A stretch of DNA of 64,000 bases from Bacteroidia bacterium (GCA_965279035.1 OZ257142.1:3296001-3360000), one strand, 5' to 3'. Numbered from the stretch's first letter, positions 8,630 through 19,609 are shown. Made by a program: numbers and translations. Notes: generated by a model not told the origin, from the letters alone.

Positions 8630-9063
8630 ACAATATTGAAAGTAATTCCTCTTGAATTTAAAAAATGTTATTATTTTTATGAATTTATAAAAAGTACATA
8701 TTTCATGACCAAATTTTGTTGAGGAATTTTTAAGGTAACATATGAGATATCAAATTTGATTTATTAAAAAAATTAGACTATTAAATATTGCCCAAATGAT
8801 CGCTAAACCGAAGGCTCATTATACCCAACTTCCTCTAAAAAAAAGAGTTTGAGATTATAAACTCGAATAACCCGAAGTGTCATATTTAAGCCGACGAATT
8901 TGTCAGGATTTGAAAAATCGCTCAAATGAAAATCACAATGAGCGTTCAAGAGCAATAGTAAATGATTTTGAATTTTTATTGAAAATAGTGTTCAAATTGA
9001 AGCAATAGCCTACGTTTAGACACTGTATCTCATTGTCCAAATAATAAACTTAGTTTCGTACAT

Positions 9064-9480
9064 TTGCCCGATTCCGAGTATATGGTTAAGCTTATTGAAC
9101 TTCCTAAAATTATAGATCGAAGAGGTAATTTATCTTTTTTTGAAAATGGAATTCAAATTCCTTTTGAAATAAAGCGTAGTTATTGGATTTATGATGTGCC
9201 GGGAGGAGAAACTCGCGGGGGGCATGCATATAAAACATTGCAAGAAATTGTTATTGCCTTATCGGGTAGTTTTGATGTGCATGTTGAAGGACAAGGATTC
9301 AATAATGTTTATTCCTTAAATCGTTCCTATAAAGCATTGTATCTACCACCAGGAACTTGGAGAAGTCTTCAAAATTTCTCTACGAATGCCGTATGTTTAG
9401 TAGCGGCTTCTGATTTTTATTCTGAGGAAGATTATATTCGAGATTATAATCAGTATAAATCATTCATTCAACATGGTTAA
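9064..9480 (+). CDS. fdtA: FdtA/QdtA-family sugar 3,4-ketoisomerase (cupin)
   Basis: 'DRRGNLSF', 'RGGHAY' and 'SGSFDV' motifs; start may be the ATG at 9082. Confidence 0.85.
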   Translation: MPDSEYMVKLIELPKIIDRRGNLSFFENGIQIPFEIKRSYWIYDVPGGETRGGHAYKTLQEIVIALSGSFDVHVEGQGFNNVYSLNRSYKALYLPPGTWRSLQNFSTNAVCLVAASDFYSEEDYIRDYNQYKSFIQHG

Positions 9481-9895
9481 CACTTTACCTTCTGTGTACA
9501 ATTGTGAATTGATTTATCTTCCTAAAGTGAAGGATGATCGGGGTAATCTTACTTTTGTTGAGAACTCAAAGCATATCCCTTTTGATGTCAAACGGATTTT
9601 TTATTTGTACGATATTCCAGGTGGAGAAAGCCGAGGTGCTCACGCCCATTATTCTTGTCACCAATTTTTAGTTGCCGTTTGTGGGAGTTTCGAAGTCATC
9701 CTTTTTGATGGTTCTGTGAAACGACAAGTTCAGCTAAATCGACCTTATTTAGGTCTTCATATTCCTCCAGGAATCTGGGCTGAAGAAGTGAATTTTTCTT
9801 CAGGAGCAATATGTTTAGTTATAGCATCTCATGTTTTTGATGCAGATGACTATATTCGAGAAATTGATCAATTTGTAAATTATAGAAATGGCTAA
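9473..9895 (+). CDS. fdtA: FdtA/QdtA-family sugar 3,4-ketoisomerase (cupin)
   Basis: 'DDRGNL', 'RGAHAH' catalytic histidines and 'DYIR'. Confidence 0.88.
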   Translation: MVNTLPSVYNCELIYLPKVKDDRGNLTFVENSKHIPFDVKRIFYLYDIPGGESRGAHAHYSCHQFLVAVCGSFEVILFDGSVKRQVQLNRPYLGLHIPPGIWAEEVNFSSGAICLVIASHVFDADDYIREIDQFVNYRNG

Positions 9896-10955
9896 AATTA
9901 TTATTGCCGGAGCTGGAGGTGCACCATCTGAAGGTGTAATTGATTCACTTTTACTAAGCAAAAAAACGGAAGAAGTTATTGGAATGGGCAGCGAGCCTAC
10001 TGATTTAATTCTATCTGCCGCAAGTAAAAAGTATGTTATTCCTTATGCAAATGACCCAACATATGAGGAAAAATTATTTAAACTCATAAACCACGAAAAG
10101 CCCGATCTGATTCACTTTCAGAACGATCTTGAAATATTCGAAGCTTCGTCAATTAGAGATAAAATACTGAACACAGGGGTTAAACTTTTTATGCCTAGTC
10201 ATGACGTAATTGATACCTGCGTTCACAAATACAAATCGTATTTTAAGTGGAAAGCCGCTGGTGTTCGTGTCCCTGAAAACAAAATGATCCAAGATGAATC
10301 GGATCTAAAAAAAGCATTTGAAACATTGGGGGATGATCAAGGAAGAATTTGGCTGAGAGCGTCTTCCATAGGAGGTGGAGGAAAAGGTGCACTTCCAACA
10401 GCTGATTATGATTTTGCTAAAGGATGGATTGATAATTATAAAGGTTGGGGAGATTTCGTAGCTGCAGAAATGCTCACATCTCAAACTGTAACCTGGCAAT
10501 CAATCTGGTATCAAGGCGAACTTGTAGTTGCTCAAACCAGAAAAAGAATGGGTTGGACACATGGTAATAGAACTTTGTCAGGTGTTACTGGTGTAACCAA
10601 GGTAGGCCTAACATTTTCTGATCCTCAAGTTGACCAAATATCGATGGATGCTATTATGGCTATTGATCCGAAGCCACATGGTATCTATGGAGTAGATATG
10701 GCTTATGATCGTTCAGGCATTCCTAATCCAACTGAAATTAATATATCACGGTTTTTTACAACCATCCTTTTTTTCACCAAGGCTGGTCTCAATATGCCCG
10801 AAATATTTAAAAATATTGCTCTTTATGAAGAGTTTCCTGTTCTAGAGAAAAAAATTAATCCATTACCCGATGGACTAATTTGGCTTCGTGGAATGGATAC
10901 ACTCCCTGTCCTTTCTTCAAATAAAGAAATTGAGAATGAGCTGAATTTTATGTGA
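9888..10955 (+). CDS. ATP-grasp (carboxylate-amine ligase-like) protein
   Basis: Rossmann-like 'IIIAGAGG' start, 'GGGGKGA' loop and 'YGVDM...PNPTEINISRF' ATP-grasp C-terminal motif. Confidence 0.8.
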   Translation: MAKIIIAGAGGAPSEGVIDSLLLSKKTEEVIGMGSEPTDLILSAASKKYVIPYANDPTYEEKLFKLINHEKPDLIHFQNDLEIFEASSIRDKILNTGVKLFMPSHDVIDTCVHKYKSYFKWKAAGVRVPENKMIQDESDLKKAFETLGDDQGRIWLRASSIGGGGKGALPTADYDFAKGWIDNYKGWGDFVAAEMLTSQTVTWQSIWYQGELVVAQTRKRMGWTHGNRTLSGVTGVTKVGLTFSDPQVDQISMDAIMAIDPKPHGIYGVDMAYDRSGIPNPTEINISRFFTTILFFTKAGLNMPEIFKNIALYEEFPVLEKKINPLPDGLIWLRGMDTLPVLSSNKEIENELNFM

Positions 10956-12523
10956 TTATGGGTAGAATAATAATCACAGGAGCAACTGGTTTTATCGGCA
11001 AGCATTTTCTCAAATTATTTGAAGACGATCAAAGAAGAAAAAAAGCAGATCTAATTCTCATTAGTTCCGATACCATTCCTGGTTACACCTGTGTTAATAG
11101 AAATAGCAAGGATTTTAAGCAGGAATTGAGTGAAGCACTGAATGGTGAAGCTCCCGAAATCATTTTTCACCTTGGCTCCTATACGCCCAAAAGCGGAGCT
11201 GAATCGAACGATCTATATGGAAGTAATGCAAATATTAGTTTTACTCAAGCTCTCATTGAAGCAGTAAAACCGCCTGAACGATTCATTTTCACTAGTACGC
11301 TAGATGTTTATAATTTCAGCACAAGCATTAATGAGCAATCCATTCCCAACCCATCAACACTATATGCTTGCTCAAAAGTATATTGCGAAAACATGCTTGC
11401 TGTATGGGCAAAAAAGCATAAAGTAAATTTTCAGATTTTACGTGTTGGCCATGTTTATGGGGAAGGTGAAGAAGCATACAAAAAGCTGATTCCTACTGCA
11501 ATTGAAGCTTGTCTTTCGGGCAATTCTCCTGAATTATTTACCAATGGAGAAGAATTGCGATCATTTATTAATATCGATGATCTGTGTAAAATGATTTATC
11601 AATCTGCGTCATTAAAACCAGACATTGGACCAATTAATTTGGTTGGTTATGAACCGTTGAAAGTTAAGGATGTAGTGCAGTCAATAATTAATCTAACAAA
11701 TCCTGAACTGCAAATTGTTTTTAAAAATGCTGGGGCAGTTGGAATCAGTACTGTGTTTGATAATTCCAGAACAATTGAATTCTTTGGAAATTCATATACA
11801 TCGTTCCAAGATGGAATTAGCCATGAAATCGCCTATTTTAAGAATAAAATTAACAAGCCAACCAGAAAGATCTATCTCGACCTAGACGGAACAGTCATCG
11901 ATGCAAAGAAGCGATTATATCGACTTTATGTTGATTTAACAGGTTCTTCTATTTCGTTTGAAACATATTGGTTGCATAAACGAGAACAGCGTTCAAATGA
12001 ATGGCTACTTGAGCATTTTGAGAAATATACTGCTTCCCAAATTGAGCTATTTAAATCTGAATGGATGAATCAAATAGAATTAGAAAAATACCTTGCCTAT
12101 GATGAATTGTTTTCATACACTTTAAAAACATTAGAAACACTAAAATCAATTGCTGATTTGATTTTAATCACTGGAAGGCAGTCATATTCAAATCTGATTT
12201 TGCAACTCGAAAATTTAAAAATTTCTAACTATTTTTCTGCTATACTCAATACTGCAAATAAAATTTCAAAAGAAGAAATGCTAATGAAACATTCCCTAAA
12301 TTTTAATCCCGATGATATCATTGCTGGCGACACAGGAATTGAGATATTAGCAGGGAAAAAATTGGGCATTACAACAGTAGCTGTACTTTCGGGTTTCAGA
12401 AATAATACAGCATTAGAAAAATATCATCCCGATTATCTTTTTGAGGGTATCAATCAAATTCCTGAAATTATTACCAAAAAAGTCTCACCAACAAGTTTAT
12501 CACATGAGCGTACATCCCGATAA
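10952..12523 (+). CDS. NAD-dependent epimerase/dehydratase fused to a HAD-family phosphatase
   Basis: 'ITGATGFIG' and 'YACSK' (YxxxK), then 'YLDLDGTVID' (HAD motif I), 'ITGR' and 'AGDT'. Confidence 0.85.
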   Translation: MIMGRIIITGATGFIGKHFLKLFEDDQRRKKADLILISSDTIPGYTCVNRNSKDFKQELSEALNGEAPEIIFHLGSYTPKSGAESNDLYGSNANISFTQALIEAVKPPERFIFTSTLDVYNFSTSINEQSIPNPSTLYACSKVYCENMLAVWAKKHKVNFQILRVGHVYGEGEEAYKKLIPTAIEACLSGNSPELFTNGEELRSFINIDDLCKMIYQSASLKPDIGPINLVGYEPLKVKDVVQSIINLTNPELQIVFKNAGAVGISTVFDNSRTIEFFGNSYTSFQDGISHEIAYFKNKINKPTRKIYLDLDGTVIDAKKRLYRLYVDLTGSSISFETYWLHKREQRSNEWLLEHFEKYTASQIELFKSEWMNQIELEKYLAYDELFSYTLKTLETLKSIADLILITGRQSYSNLILQLENLKISNYFSAILNTANKISKEEMLMKHSLNFNPDDIIAGDTGIEILAGKKLGITTVAVLSGFRNNTALEKYHPDYLFEGINQIPEIITKKVSPTSLSHERTSR

Positions 12524-13205
12524 TTTTGCCAGCTTTTATTCAAACAAGATTCTGCAGATTGATTACCAATTAGCAACCTATTGTTACGAAGCAGCAAAGC
12601 CATTTTTTAACGGAAAAAACTGTTTAGAACTTGGTCCTGCATCTGGCTATATGACTCGTTTTTTAGTGGATGACTTCGAACGTGTAGTTGCTGTTGAAGG
12701 AGCCGCTGATCTAGTAGAAAAGATAGCTGATGCACCTAATCTAGAAAAGGTTTGTAGTTTATTTCAGGATTTTAAAACGGATGAAAAGTTCGATACGATT
12801 ATCTTGAATCATGTACTTGAACACATTGCTGATCCGATTCCTTTATTGAAACAAATTCGTGCTTGGCTTGCACCCGGAGGAAGATTTATTGTTGGTGTTC
12901 CAAATGCGCGTTCTTTTCACCGCATGGTTGCTGTAAAAATGGGCTTGCTCGAAAGTATTTATACACTCAACGAACGTGATCATCAATTAGGTCATCAACG
13001 GGTTTATGATATTGACATGTTAAAAGCACATCTGATAGAAGCCGGTTTTAGTATTTCTAATGAAACAGGTATATTTCTAAAATTTTTGGCAAATGGCCAA
13101 ATTGAACAGTGGTTTTCACAGGAGATGATTCAGGCATTTTTTGAATTGGGTAAAGATTACCCTGAATTATGTGCTGAAATCATGGTGATAGCAACGAACG
13201 AATAA
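12504..13205 (+). CDS. Class I SAM-dependent methyltransferase
   Basis: 'LELGPASG', 'FDTIILNHVLEHI' and 'VPNA'. ATG at 12504. Confidence 0.88.
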   Translation: MSVHPDNFASFYSNKILQIDYQLATYCYEAAKPFFNGKNCLELGPASGYMTRFLVDDFERVVAVEGAADLVEKIADAPNLEKVCSLFQDFKTDEKFDTIILNHVLEHIADPIPLLKQIRAWLAPGGRFIVGVPNARSFHRMVAVKMGLLESIYTLNERDHQLGHQRVYDIDMLKAHLIEAGFSISNETGIFLKFLANGQIEQWFSQEMIQAFFELGKDYPELCAEIMVIATNE

Positions 13206-13224
13206 ATTTGAGTGCAAAACGAAA

Positions 13225-14184
13225 ATGAGTAAAATCAGCATCATCATTCCTTGTTACTATAACGAAGGAAATATCGCTCCATTAACGGCAAAATTAGTCG
13301 CTAATGAAATTGATTTCCCAACTGGAACAGTGGTAGAATATGTGTTTATTGATGATGGAAGTAAAGACCAAACCTATCAACGTTTACTCGATTTCCATAA
13401 TCAATATCCTGATCGAGTTAAAATAGTTAAACTTGCTGGAAACGTTGGTTCTCATAATGCTGTTTTAGCAGGAATGCATTATGCAACAGGCGATTGTTGC
13501 TGCATTATCGCTGCCGATTTGCAAGATCCACCTGAACTTATTCCTCGACTTTTTAGTCATTGGCAAAATGGAATCAAATTGGTAATTGCCAACCGTTCTG
13601 ATAGAGAAGAAGGATTTTTCAAGAAATTGTTTGCATCATTTTATCACAGAATGATGAAGCGTTATGCGCTAAATAATATTCCAGAAAATGGGTTTGATGT
13701 CGTGTTGTTCGATAAGCAGCTTCAACATGAAGTAGTAAAAATTTCAGAAAAGAATTCGAGTCAAACGTATCTTTTTGCCTGGCTTCAATTCGATTATGTG
13801 ACCATTTCATATACCCGTTTAAAACGTGAAATAGGGAAATCTAGTTGGACTTTTTCTAAGAAAATCAAGTTGTTCATCGATTCTTTTGTGTCATTTTCAT
13901 TTTTCCCGATTCGAGCAATTACTTTTTTAGGAATTTTTCTTGGAATCATTTCTTTCCTCTATGGAATCGCTATTATTATAGCGAAACTTGGAGGATATGT
14001 GGAAGTGAAAGGTTGGGCAGGAATTATGGCCGTTATTCTATTGCTTTCTTCTTTTCAAATGATTGCCTTAGGAATTATAGGTGAATATGTTTGGCGAACA
14101 CTTGATGCAAGCCGCAATCGCCCGAATTTTATTGTTGACGAAGTTGTTGGAATGAAACCAAATGAAAAGCCTTTAAATAGTTAA
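13225..14184 (+). CDS. GT2 polyprenol-phosphate glycosyltransferase (GtrB/ArnC-like)
   Basis: '[11 protein letters not shown]', 'IDDGSKD', 'AADLQDPPE', two C-terminal TM helices and '[12 protein letters not shown]'. Confidence 0.9.
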   Translation: MSKISIIIPCYYNEGNIAPLTAKLVANEIDFPTGTVVEYVFIDDGSKDQTYQRLLDFHNQYPDRVKIVKLAGNVGSHNAVLAGMHYATGDCCCIIAADLQDPPELIPRLFSHWQNGIKLVIANRSDREEGFFKKLFASFYHRMMKRYALNNIPENGFDVVLFDKQLQHEVVKISEKNSSQTYLFAWLQFDYVTISYTRLKREIGKSSWTFSKKIKLFIDSFVSFSFFPIRAITFLGIFLGIISFLYGIAIIIAKLGGYVEVKGWAGIMAVILLLSSFQMIALGIIGEYVWRTLDASRNRPNFIVDEVVGMKPNEKPLNS

Positions 14185-14189
14185 TATCC

Positions 14190-15305
14190 ATGAAATCTGT
14201 AAAATTTCTTGACCTCAAAGCAATCAATTTAACCTATGAGCAGGAACTCACCGAAGCATTTCAACGGGTATTGCATTCTGGTTGGTACATTAAGGGGAAG
14301 GAACTTGAAACATTCGAGAAAAACTTTGCATCATACTGTGGAGTAAAGCATTGCATTGGTGTAGCAAATGGACTCGATGCACTTCTTCTTATTATAGAAG
14401 CATATAAAATATTGGGTTTTTTTAAAGATGGGGATGAAATCATTGTTCCATCAAACACGTATATCGCTTCCATTTTAGCAATTACCCGTAATAACCTTGT
14501 ACCTGTTTTAGCAGAGCCTAGCGAATTGAGTTTTAATATTAATCCTTCAATCATTAGAAACCTTATAACGAATAAAACCAAAGGAATTCTAGCTGTTCAT
14601 CTTTATGGTCAATGTGCTGATATTGATCCAATAAAGGAACTTTGCAAGGAATATAACCTCAAATTGATTGAGGATTCTGCACAATCGCAAGGTGCTCGAT
14701 ATAAAGGTATTCGGGCAGGAACTTTAGGTGATGCTTCCGGTTTTAGTTTTTATCCAGGAAAAAATCTTGGCGCTTTGGGTGATGCTGGAGCAATCACAAC
14801 GAACGATGATCAATTGGCAGAAGTGATTCTAGCTTTACATAACTATGGATCAAAAATAAAGTATGAAAACCTTTATGCTGGAGTAAATAGTCGATTGGAT
14901 GAATTACAAGCAGCACTTTTAAGTGTTAAACTTAAGTACTTAGATTCGGAAAATGAAGCCCGTCGTCAAAAGGCAGCACTTTATTTATCAGACATATCAA
15001 ATCCATTAATTAGTCTACCTAGAACGGCTGAAGGCAACGAACATATATGGCATATTTTTGCAGTTAGGATATCCAATAACCTTCGCGATCGATTCCGTGA
15101 TTTTTTGAATGAAAATGGAATCCAAACAGTGGTACATTATCCAATTCCACCTCATAAACAAAAGGCCTATCCACAACTGAATCATTTATCACTTCCTATT
15201 GCAGAAGCAATTCACAACGATGTGATTAGTTTGCCAATTAGTCCTATTATAAGTGAAGATGAGCTTAATTACATCATTAAAGTCTGCAATCAATTTGAAG
15301 GTTGA
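14190..15305 (+). CDS. fdtB: DegT/DnrJ/EryC1/StrS aminotransferase (FdtB/QdtB-like)
   Basis: 'GVANGLDAL', 'IEDSAQ', '[15 protein letters not shown]' (PLP Lys) and '[10 protein letters not shown]'. Confidence 0.9.
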   Translation: MKSVKFLDLKAINLTYEQELTEAFQRVLHSGWYIKGKELETFEKNFASYCGVKHCIGVANGLDALLLIIEAYKILGFFKDGDEIIVPSNTYIASILAITRNNLVPVLAEPSELSFNINPSIIRNLITNKTKGILAVHLYGQCADIDPIKELCKEYNLKLIEDSAQSQGARYKGIRAGTLGDASGFSFYPGKNLGALGDAGAITTNDDQLAEVILALHNYGSKIKYENLYAGVNSRLDELQAALLSVKLKYLDSENEARRQKAALYLSDISNPLISLPRTAEGNEHIWHIFAVRISNNLRDRFRDFLNENGIQTVVHYPIPPHKQKAYPQLNHLSLPIAEAIHNDVISLPISPIISEDELNYIIKVCNQFEG

Positions 15306-15571
15306 TTCATTGAATAGTTTGGCTCTATAGCAAAATTCCCAACCTCCATGTTCATTAGTACCTTGAAATGCAGATTCTTAAATTCTCTTCTTGGACTAAA
15401 CTGAAAATGTTTTAAATTCAAATCTTGAATCTTTATAGATAAGCATGGAAAAGATTATTACCATCTTCACAAAGATTAATGCTTATAATCATTTAAGAAT
15501 CGGCATTGTGAAGATTGATTAATTACCAATGAATTGAATTTGAATTCATATTTGAAAAATAAAAAAATCTC

Positions 15572-17422
15572 ATGAAGAATTTTATTAGTAGAAATCTTTT
15601 ATTGTCTGCTTTATTTCCAGCATTCTCCATTCTAATTTATTTCGCATTCATTGGCAGTCCAGTATATGGAACAAATGATGATGTAGCAATGAATATGATG
15701 ATTTCAGGAGTTTTTATTGTAAGTGAACCAACCAATCTGGTATTATTCATTCATCCAATTTATGCTGAAATTTTAAAACTATTATATGAAATTAATATAC
15801 ATATCCCATGGTATGGAATGTCATTTATTTTCCTAGCCTTTTGTGCATTAACGGTATTTAATTTCTCCATAATACGATTATGTAACAAATTCAATCACAA
15901 AGATTTCATTTGGGTTTTACTATTATTAAATGTATTCATTTCATTTCCCATACTGTATCATTTACAATTTACTATTATTTCTGGGATTTTATCTATTTCG
16001 GGAATTTCCTTTTTGCTTTCTCATATTATAATCAGAGAAGAAAGAGCTAAAATTCGAATTACTAGTTTGACAATTGCTATTGGGATGTGTTTTATTGGTG
16101 CGATGATTCGATTTGACGCAACCATGATGGTATTTGTTATTGTTTTTCCAGTAGTTGTTTTACTCATTTTAAAGAAATTAATTATTCTGAAAAATACAGC
16201 GAACACGGGAAATTTTGTGCGAAATGCAATTCCTATCATAGCTCCACTATTCATCCTTTTAGTAGGAATTCTTGGTATAGAAAAATCAAAAGACTTCTAT
16301 TACAATAAATTAGAATGGAATAATTTTAATACAATCAAAAATTCGAAAATCCCATTTGATATTATTGATTCTCAAGCAATTCAATTTGACCAAAACACAA
16401 TCAATTCATTTCGTAAAATCGGTTGGACAAAATCAGATTACGATATGATAAGAACATGGCAATGCATAGATAAAGAGCATTTCGCCTCAGATAAGTTTAC
16501 TAAACTCCGTCAAGAAATAAATGCGAACCATACTGAAGTATCTATAAACTACTATGAGAGATTTCGGGATCATGCCATTGGAACGATTGATATTCTTATG
16601 CAGATAGATTATCTCATTTTCATTTTCTTAATTCCATTTATTCTTACAATTTTCAAGATTAATTTTAAGAAATTCCTAGTCCTTGTATTTAATTTGTCCC
16701 TTTTATTATTTACCTCATTAATTATTTATTCTTATCTCGCTTGTATTTTAAATAGAACATTATTTAGGACTGATTTTTTAATTTTTGCTGCCATCCTTTT
16801 TTATTCTTTCATATTATTTGTTTCAATAGAACCTGAAGCCCAACAGCGAAGTTTATTGCAATTTAAAAATAGTTCATTCGTTTATAGATCATTATACATA
16901 CTAACATTCATCAGCTCTTTAATCATATTTAAAACAAAATTTAACAATGTCTCTAATTATGTAAGCTATGTAAAATCTGAAAGTAATAATTTTCACCAGA
17001 AAACTTTAACTGAATGGTTAAACATACTACCTGAAAATTCAATAATTTATAATGTAGGAGCATCCTTCCCTTATGAATATTATTTACCTCTAAATGATAT
17101 TTCATTTTATAGCCAGTTTGAAAAGAAATCAATCGGATTTATTAGTGCAAGTGGTGCTAATCAATCGCCGACTCAACTTAAACAATTAGAAAAATATAAA
17201 CTTGATAGCAACTTTTTCAAATCACTATCACATGCTCCTAATGTTTACTTTGTAAATTCTAAATACAATGTTGAAGTCTCAAATAGTCTAAAACAAATGT
17301 TAAGTACTTTTTACTTTGAAAAATATGGGATAACTGTCAGCTTTGAAGAATTGAATAATGTTGCAATGCTTTCTAAATTCAATTTTACATCAAATTCAAA
17401 TCAAGACTTACCTAACCCTTAG
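15572..17422 (+). CDS. Polytopic membrane protein, possible GT-C-type glycosyltransferase
   Basis: About 12 hydrophobic helices; 'TNDD' acidic motif in the first loop; lies beside a GtrB-like GT2; very AT-rich. Confidence 0.55.
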   Translation: MKNFISRNLLLSALFPAFSILIYFAFIGSPVYGTNDDVAMNMMISGVFIVSEPTNLVLFIHPIYAEILKLLYEINIHIPWYGMSFIFLAFCALTVFNFSIIRLCNKFNHKDFIWVLLLLNVFISFPILYHLQFTIISGILSISGISFLLSHIIIREERAKIRITSLTIAIGMCFIGAMIRFDATMMVFVIVFPVVVLLILKKLIILKNTANTGNFVRNAIPIIAPLFILLVGILGIEKSKDFYYNKLEWNNFNTIKNSKIPFDIIDSQAIQFDQNTINSFRKIGWTKSDYDMIRTWQCIDKEHFASDKFTKLRQEINANHTEVSINYYERFRDHAIGTIDILMQIDYLIFIFLIPFILTIFKINFKKFLVLVFNLSLLLFTSLIIYSYLACILNRTLFRTDFLIFAAILFYSFILFVSIEPEAQQRSLLQFKNSSFVYRSLYILTFISSLIIFKTKFNNVSNYVSYVKSESNNFHQKTLTEWLNILPENSIIYNVGASFPYEYYLPLNDISFYSQFEKKSIGFISASGANQSPTQLKQLEKYKLDSNFFKSLSHAPNVYFVNSKYNVEVSNSLKQMLSTFYFEKYGITVSFEELNNVAMLSKFNFTSNSNQDLPNP

Positions 17423-17496
17423 ATAGTATAATTTAATAGTATATTTTCCTTTAAAAATATTGATCAATTCAAACGATAATTGAGATTATTTGCTCC

Positions 17497-18150
17497 ATGC
17501 ATTTCCTCAACCTCCATACGCATCGTAAACCTCAACTCACAAATGAAAAGGTCATACGAAATGCATTTGTTTTAGAGAACTCGAAACTTGCACCTCTGCC
17601 CTATTTCTTGAGCTGTGGAATTCATCCTTGGTTAATCAATCTGCAATGGAAAAATCAAATCCAACAGCTCGAACAAAATCTGCAAAATCTTGAACAGTTA
17701 GTGGCAGTTGGTGAATGTGGATTAGATCGAATAAAAGGTGCCGATTGGAAACTTCAACAGGTAGTTTTGGATGCGCATATTCAACTAGCCAATCAGTATA
17801 AAAAACCACTTATTCTGCATCTGGTAAAATCCTATTCAGATATCTTAGCCTACGCATCAAACATTCAAGTTCCTTGGATTATACATGGTTTTAAGGGAAA
17901 TCGCATTGAAGCCGAACAACTCATTAAAAAAGGAGCTCGTTTCTCGTTTGGACCACGTTTGATGCTTGAAAAAAACATTCAAGAAACATTATGCTCCATT
18001 CCAACCGAATTCATCTACCTCGAAACTGATACGAAGCCGATCGATATTCAGTCTCAATATATCTATGCTGCTCAATTGAGAAATATGTCGGTAGAGATGC
18101 TAAAAGAAGTCATTTGGACTAATTTCGCACGCGATTTTAAAACCATATGA
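17497..18150 (+). CDS. tatD: TatD-family hydrolase
   Basis: 'LHTH', 'GIHPW', 'VGECGLD', 'IIHGF' and 'LETD'. Confidence 0.9.
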   Translation: MHFLNLHTHRKPQLTNEKVIRNAFVLENSKLAPLPYFLSCGIHPWLINLQWKNQIQQLEQNLQNLEQLVAVGECGLDRIKGADWKLQQVVLDAHIQLANQYKKPLILHLVKSYSDILAYASNIQVPWIIHGFKGNRIEAEQLIKKGARFSFGPRLMLEKNIQETLCSIPTEFIYLETDTKPIDIQSQYIYAAQLRNMSVEMLKEVIWTNFARDFKTI

Positions 18151-18926
18151 AGCACACTGTAGTTCCAAGTTGGATTAGCCGGATGCAATTGATGACCGGA
18201 GATGAGCCCATTTTAAAACTGATGAATAGTCATGTTTTGATTGCTGGTTTAGGTGGTGTTGGAGGAATTGCGGCCGAAATGCTCGTTCGCGCTGGCATTG
18301 GTACTATCACCATTATTGATTCGGATGTGGTGGATGAAACCAATCGTAATCGTCAGATTCCGGCTTTGAAAAGTACAGAGGGAAGATTGAAGACCGAAGT
18401 CATGGCTGAACGTTTATTGGATATCAACCCAGAACTCAATCTTCGAATTCATACGGTTTTTCTAAAGGAAGGAATTACCGAGGAATTAATTGATACGATG
18501 AAGATTGATTATGCAGTTGATTGCATTGATACCCTTTCGCCCAAAGTTTTTTATTTGAAGAAATGCCTCGATCGTGGAATTCCGGTGGTGAGTTCGATGG
18601 GAGCTGGAGGAAAAATTGATCCAACACAATTACGTGTGGGCGATATTTCCGAATCGAAACACTGTAACCTAGCACGTTACGTTCGTAAACGATTGCGGGC
18701 TTTAGGTATTTATAAGGGAATCAAAGTGGTTTATTCGCCCGAACTAGCCGACCCGAATAAAATCATTACCGCACCAGAAGGTAGTGCTAAAAAGAGTTTT
18801 ATTGGAACGATGTCGTATATGCCGGCTGTTTTTGGATGTACCATTGCCAGCGTTGTAATACGCGATTTGAGCGGTGTGGAAGAATATCGTCCCACACCTG
18901 CACGTGTTCCTAAAAAAAGAAAGTAA
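18147..18926 (+). CDS. tcdA: tRNA threonylcarbamoyladenosine dehydratase (ThiF family)
   Basis: 'GLGGVGG', 'NRNRQ', 'SSMGAGGKIDP', 'LARYVRKRL' and 'MPAVFG'. Confidence 0.9.
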   Translation: MKHTVVPSWISRMQLMTGDEPILKLMNSHVLIAGLGGVGGIAAEMLVRAGIGTITIIDSDVVDETNRNRQIPALKSTEGRLKTEVMAERLLDINPELNLRIHTVFLKEGITEELIDTMKIDYAVDCIDTLSPKVFYLKKCLDRGIPVVSSMGAGGKIDPTQLRVGDISESKHCNLARYVRKRLRALGIYKGIKVVYSPELADPNKIITAPEGSAKKSFIGTMSYMPAVFGCTIASVVIRDLSGVEEYRPTPARVPKKRK

Positions 18927-19136
18927 TCAAGAATTAATCTCGGTGTGCTTTTCTTTTGGAGCTTCAGGAAGTTCTGACTTTCCTTCTTTTGCGTTTTTAA
19001 ATTCACGCATTCCTTGACCAAGACCTTTCATTAATTCAGGAATTTTCTTTCCACCAAAAAGGAGAAGAATACCTGCACCAATGAGAATTAATTCAGTTGG
19101 ACCAAGAGCACCTAGAAAAATATGAGCAAGAGTCAT
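18927..19136 (-). CDS. tatA: Twin-arginine translocase TatA/E
   Basis: 'LLFGGKKIPELMKGLGQGMREFK'. Confidence 0.92.
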   Translation of the reverse strand: MTLAHIFLGALGPTELILIGAGILLLFGGKKIPELMKGLGQGMREFKNAKEGKSELPEAPKEKHTEINS

Positions 19137-19148
19137 ATTCGTATGATT

Positions 19149-19559
19149 TTAATTGTTTGGGATTGATGTGTTTTCCGATTGGGATTCTTGAATCTTTTCG
19201 GAAACTGGATTTACATTCTCGACAGATTCTGTGTTTATAACAGCAGCTGCCGGTTGATCTTCGTTTGTACTTGTTGAAATTGCTTGAGGTTCAGTAAACT
19301 CTTCAACGAGTTGATCCAACTTCACTTCTTCTTTTACCCCCGTTTGGACTTTCGTTACTTCTTCTTTGATTTTATTGGCTTCGGCTTGTATTTCTCGACG
19401 AATCCCATTGGATGCTTCTTGAAACTCACGCATTCCTTTACCTAAACCACGAGCTAACTCAGGAATTTTCTTGGAACCAAAAAACATGAGTACAAACAGC
19501 ATAATCACAACGATTTCGCCGCCACTCACATCAAAAAAAACAAAAATAGAACCCAGCAT
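19149..19559 (-). CDS. TatA/TatB-family subunit
   Basis: 'GGEIVVI..MFFGSKKIPELARGLGKGMREF' with a long acidic tail. Confidence 0.88.
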   Translation of the reverse strand: MLGSIFVFFDVSGGEIVVIMLFVLMFFGSKKIPELARGLGKGMREFQEASNGIRREIQAEANKIKEEVTKVQTGVKEEVKLDQLVEEFTEPQAISTSTNEDQPAAAVINTESVENVNPVSEKIQESQSENTSIPNN

Positions 19560-19566
19560 TTGAGAA

Positions 19567-19602
19567 AGCTGATTCTATAACGGAAGTGTTATAGAATCAG
19601 CT
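19567..19602 (-). terminator. 15-bp perfect hairpin between secDF and the tatA/B gene
   Basis: agctgattctataac-ggaagt-gttatagaatcagct; only a short U tract on the minus strand. Confidence 0.55.
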
Positions 19603-19609
19603 GGTAAAA

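Noticed and set aside
9064-9895. Tandem fdtA-like genes as a novelty
   Set aside because: Paired cupin isomerase genes are common in Bacteroidota polysaccharide loci.
17497-19559. Functional link between tatD and the adjacent tatA/B genes
   Set aside because: TatD is a nuclease-family hydrolase unrelated to Tat export; here it is coupled to tcdA on the opposite strand.
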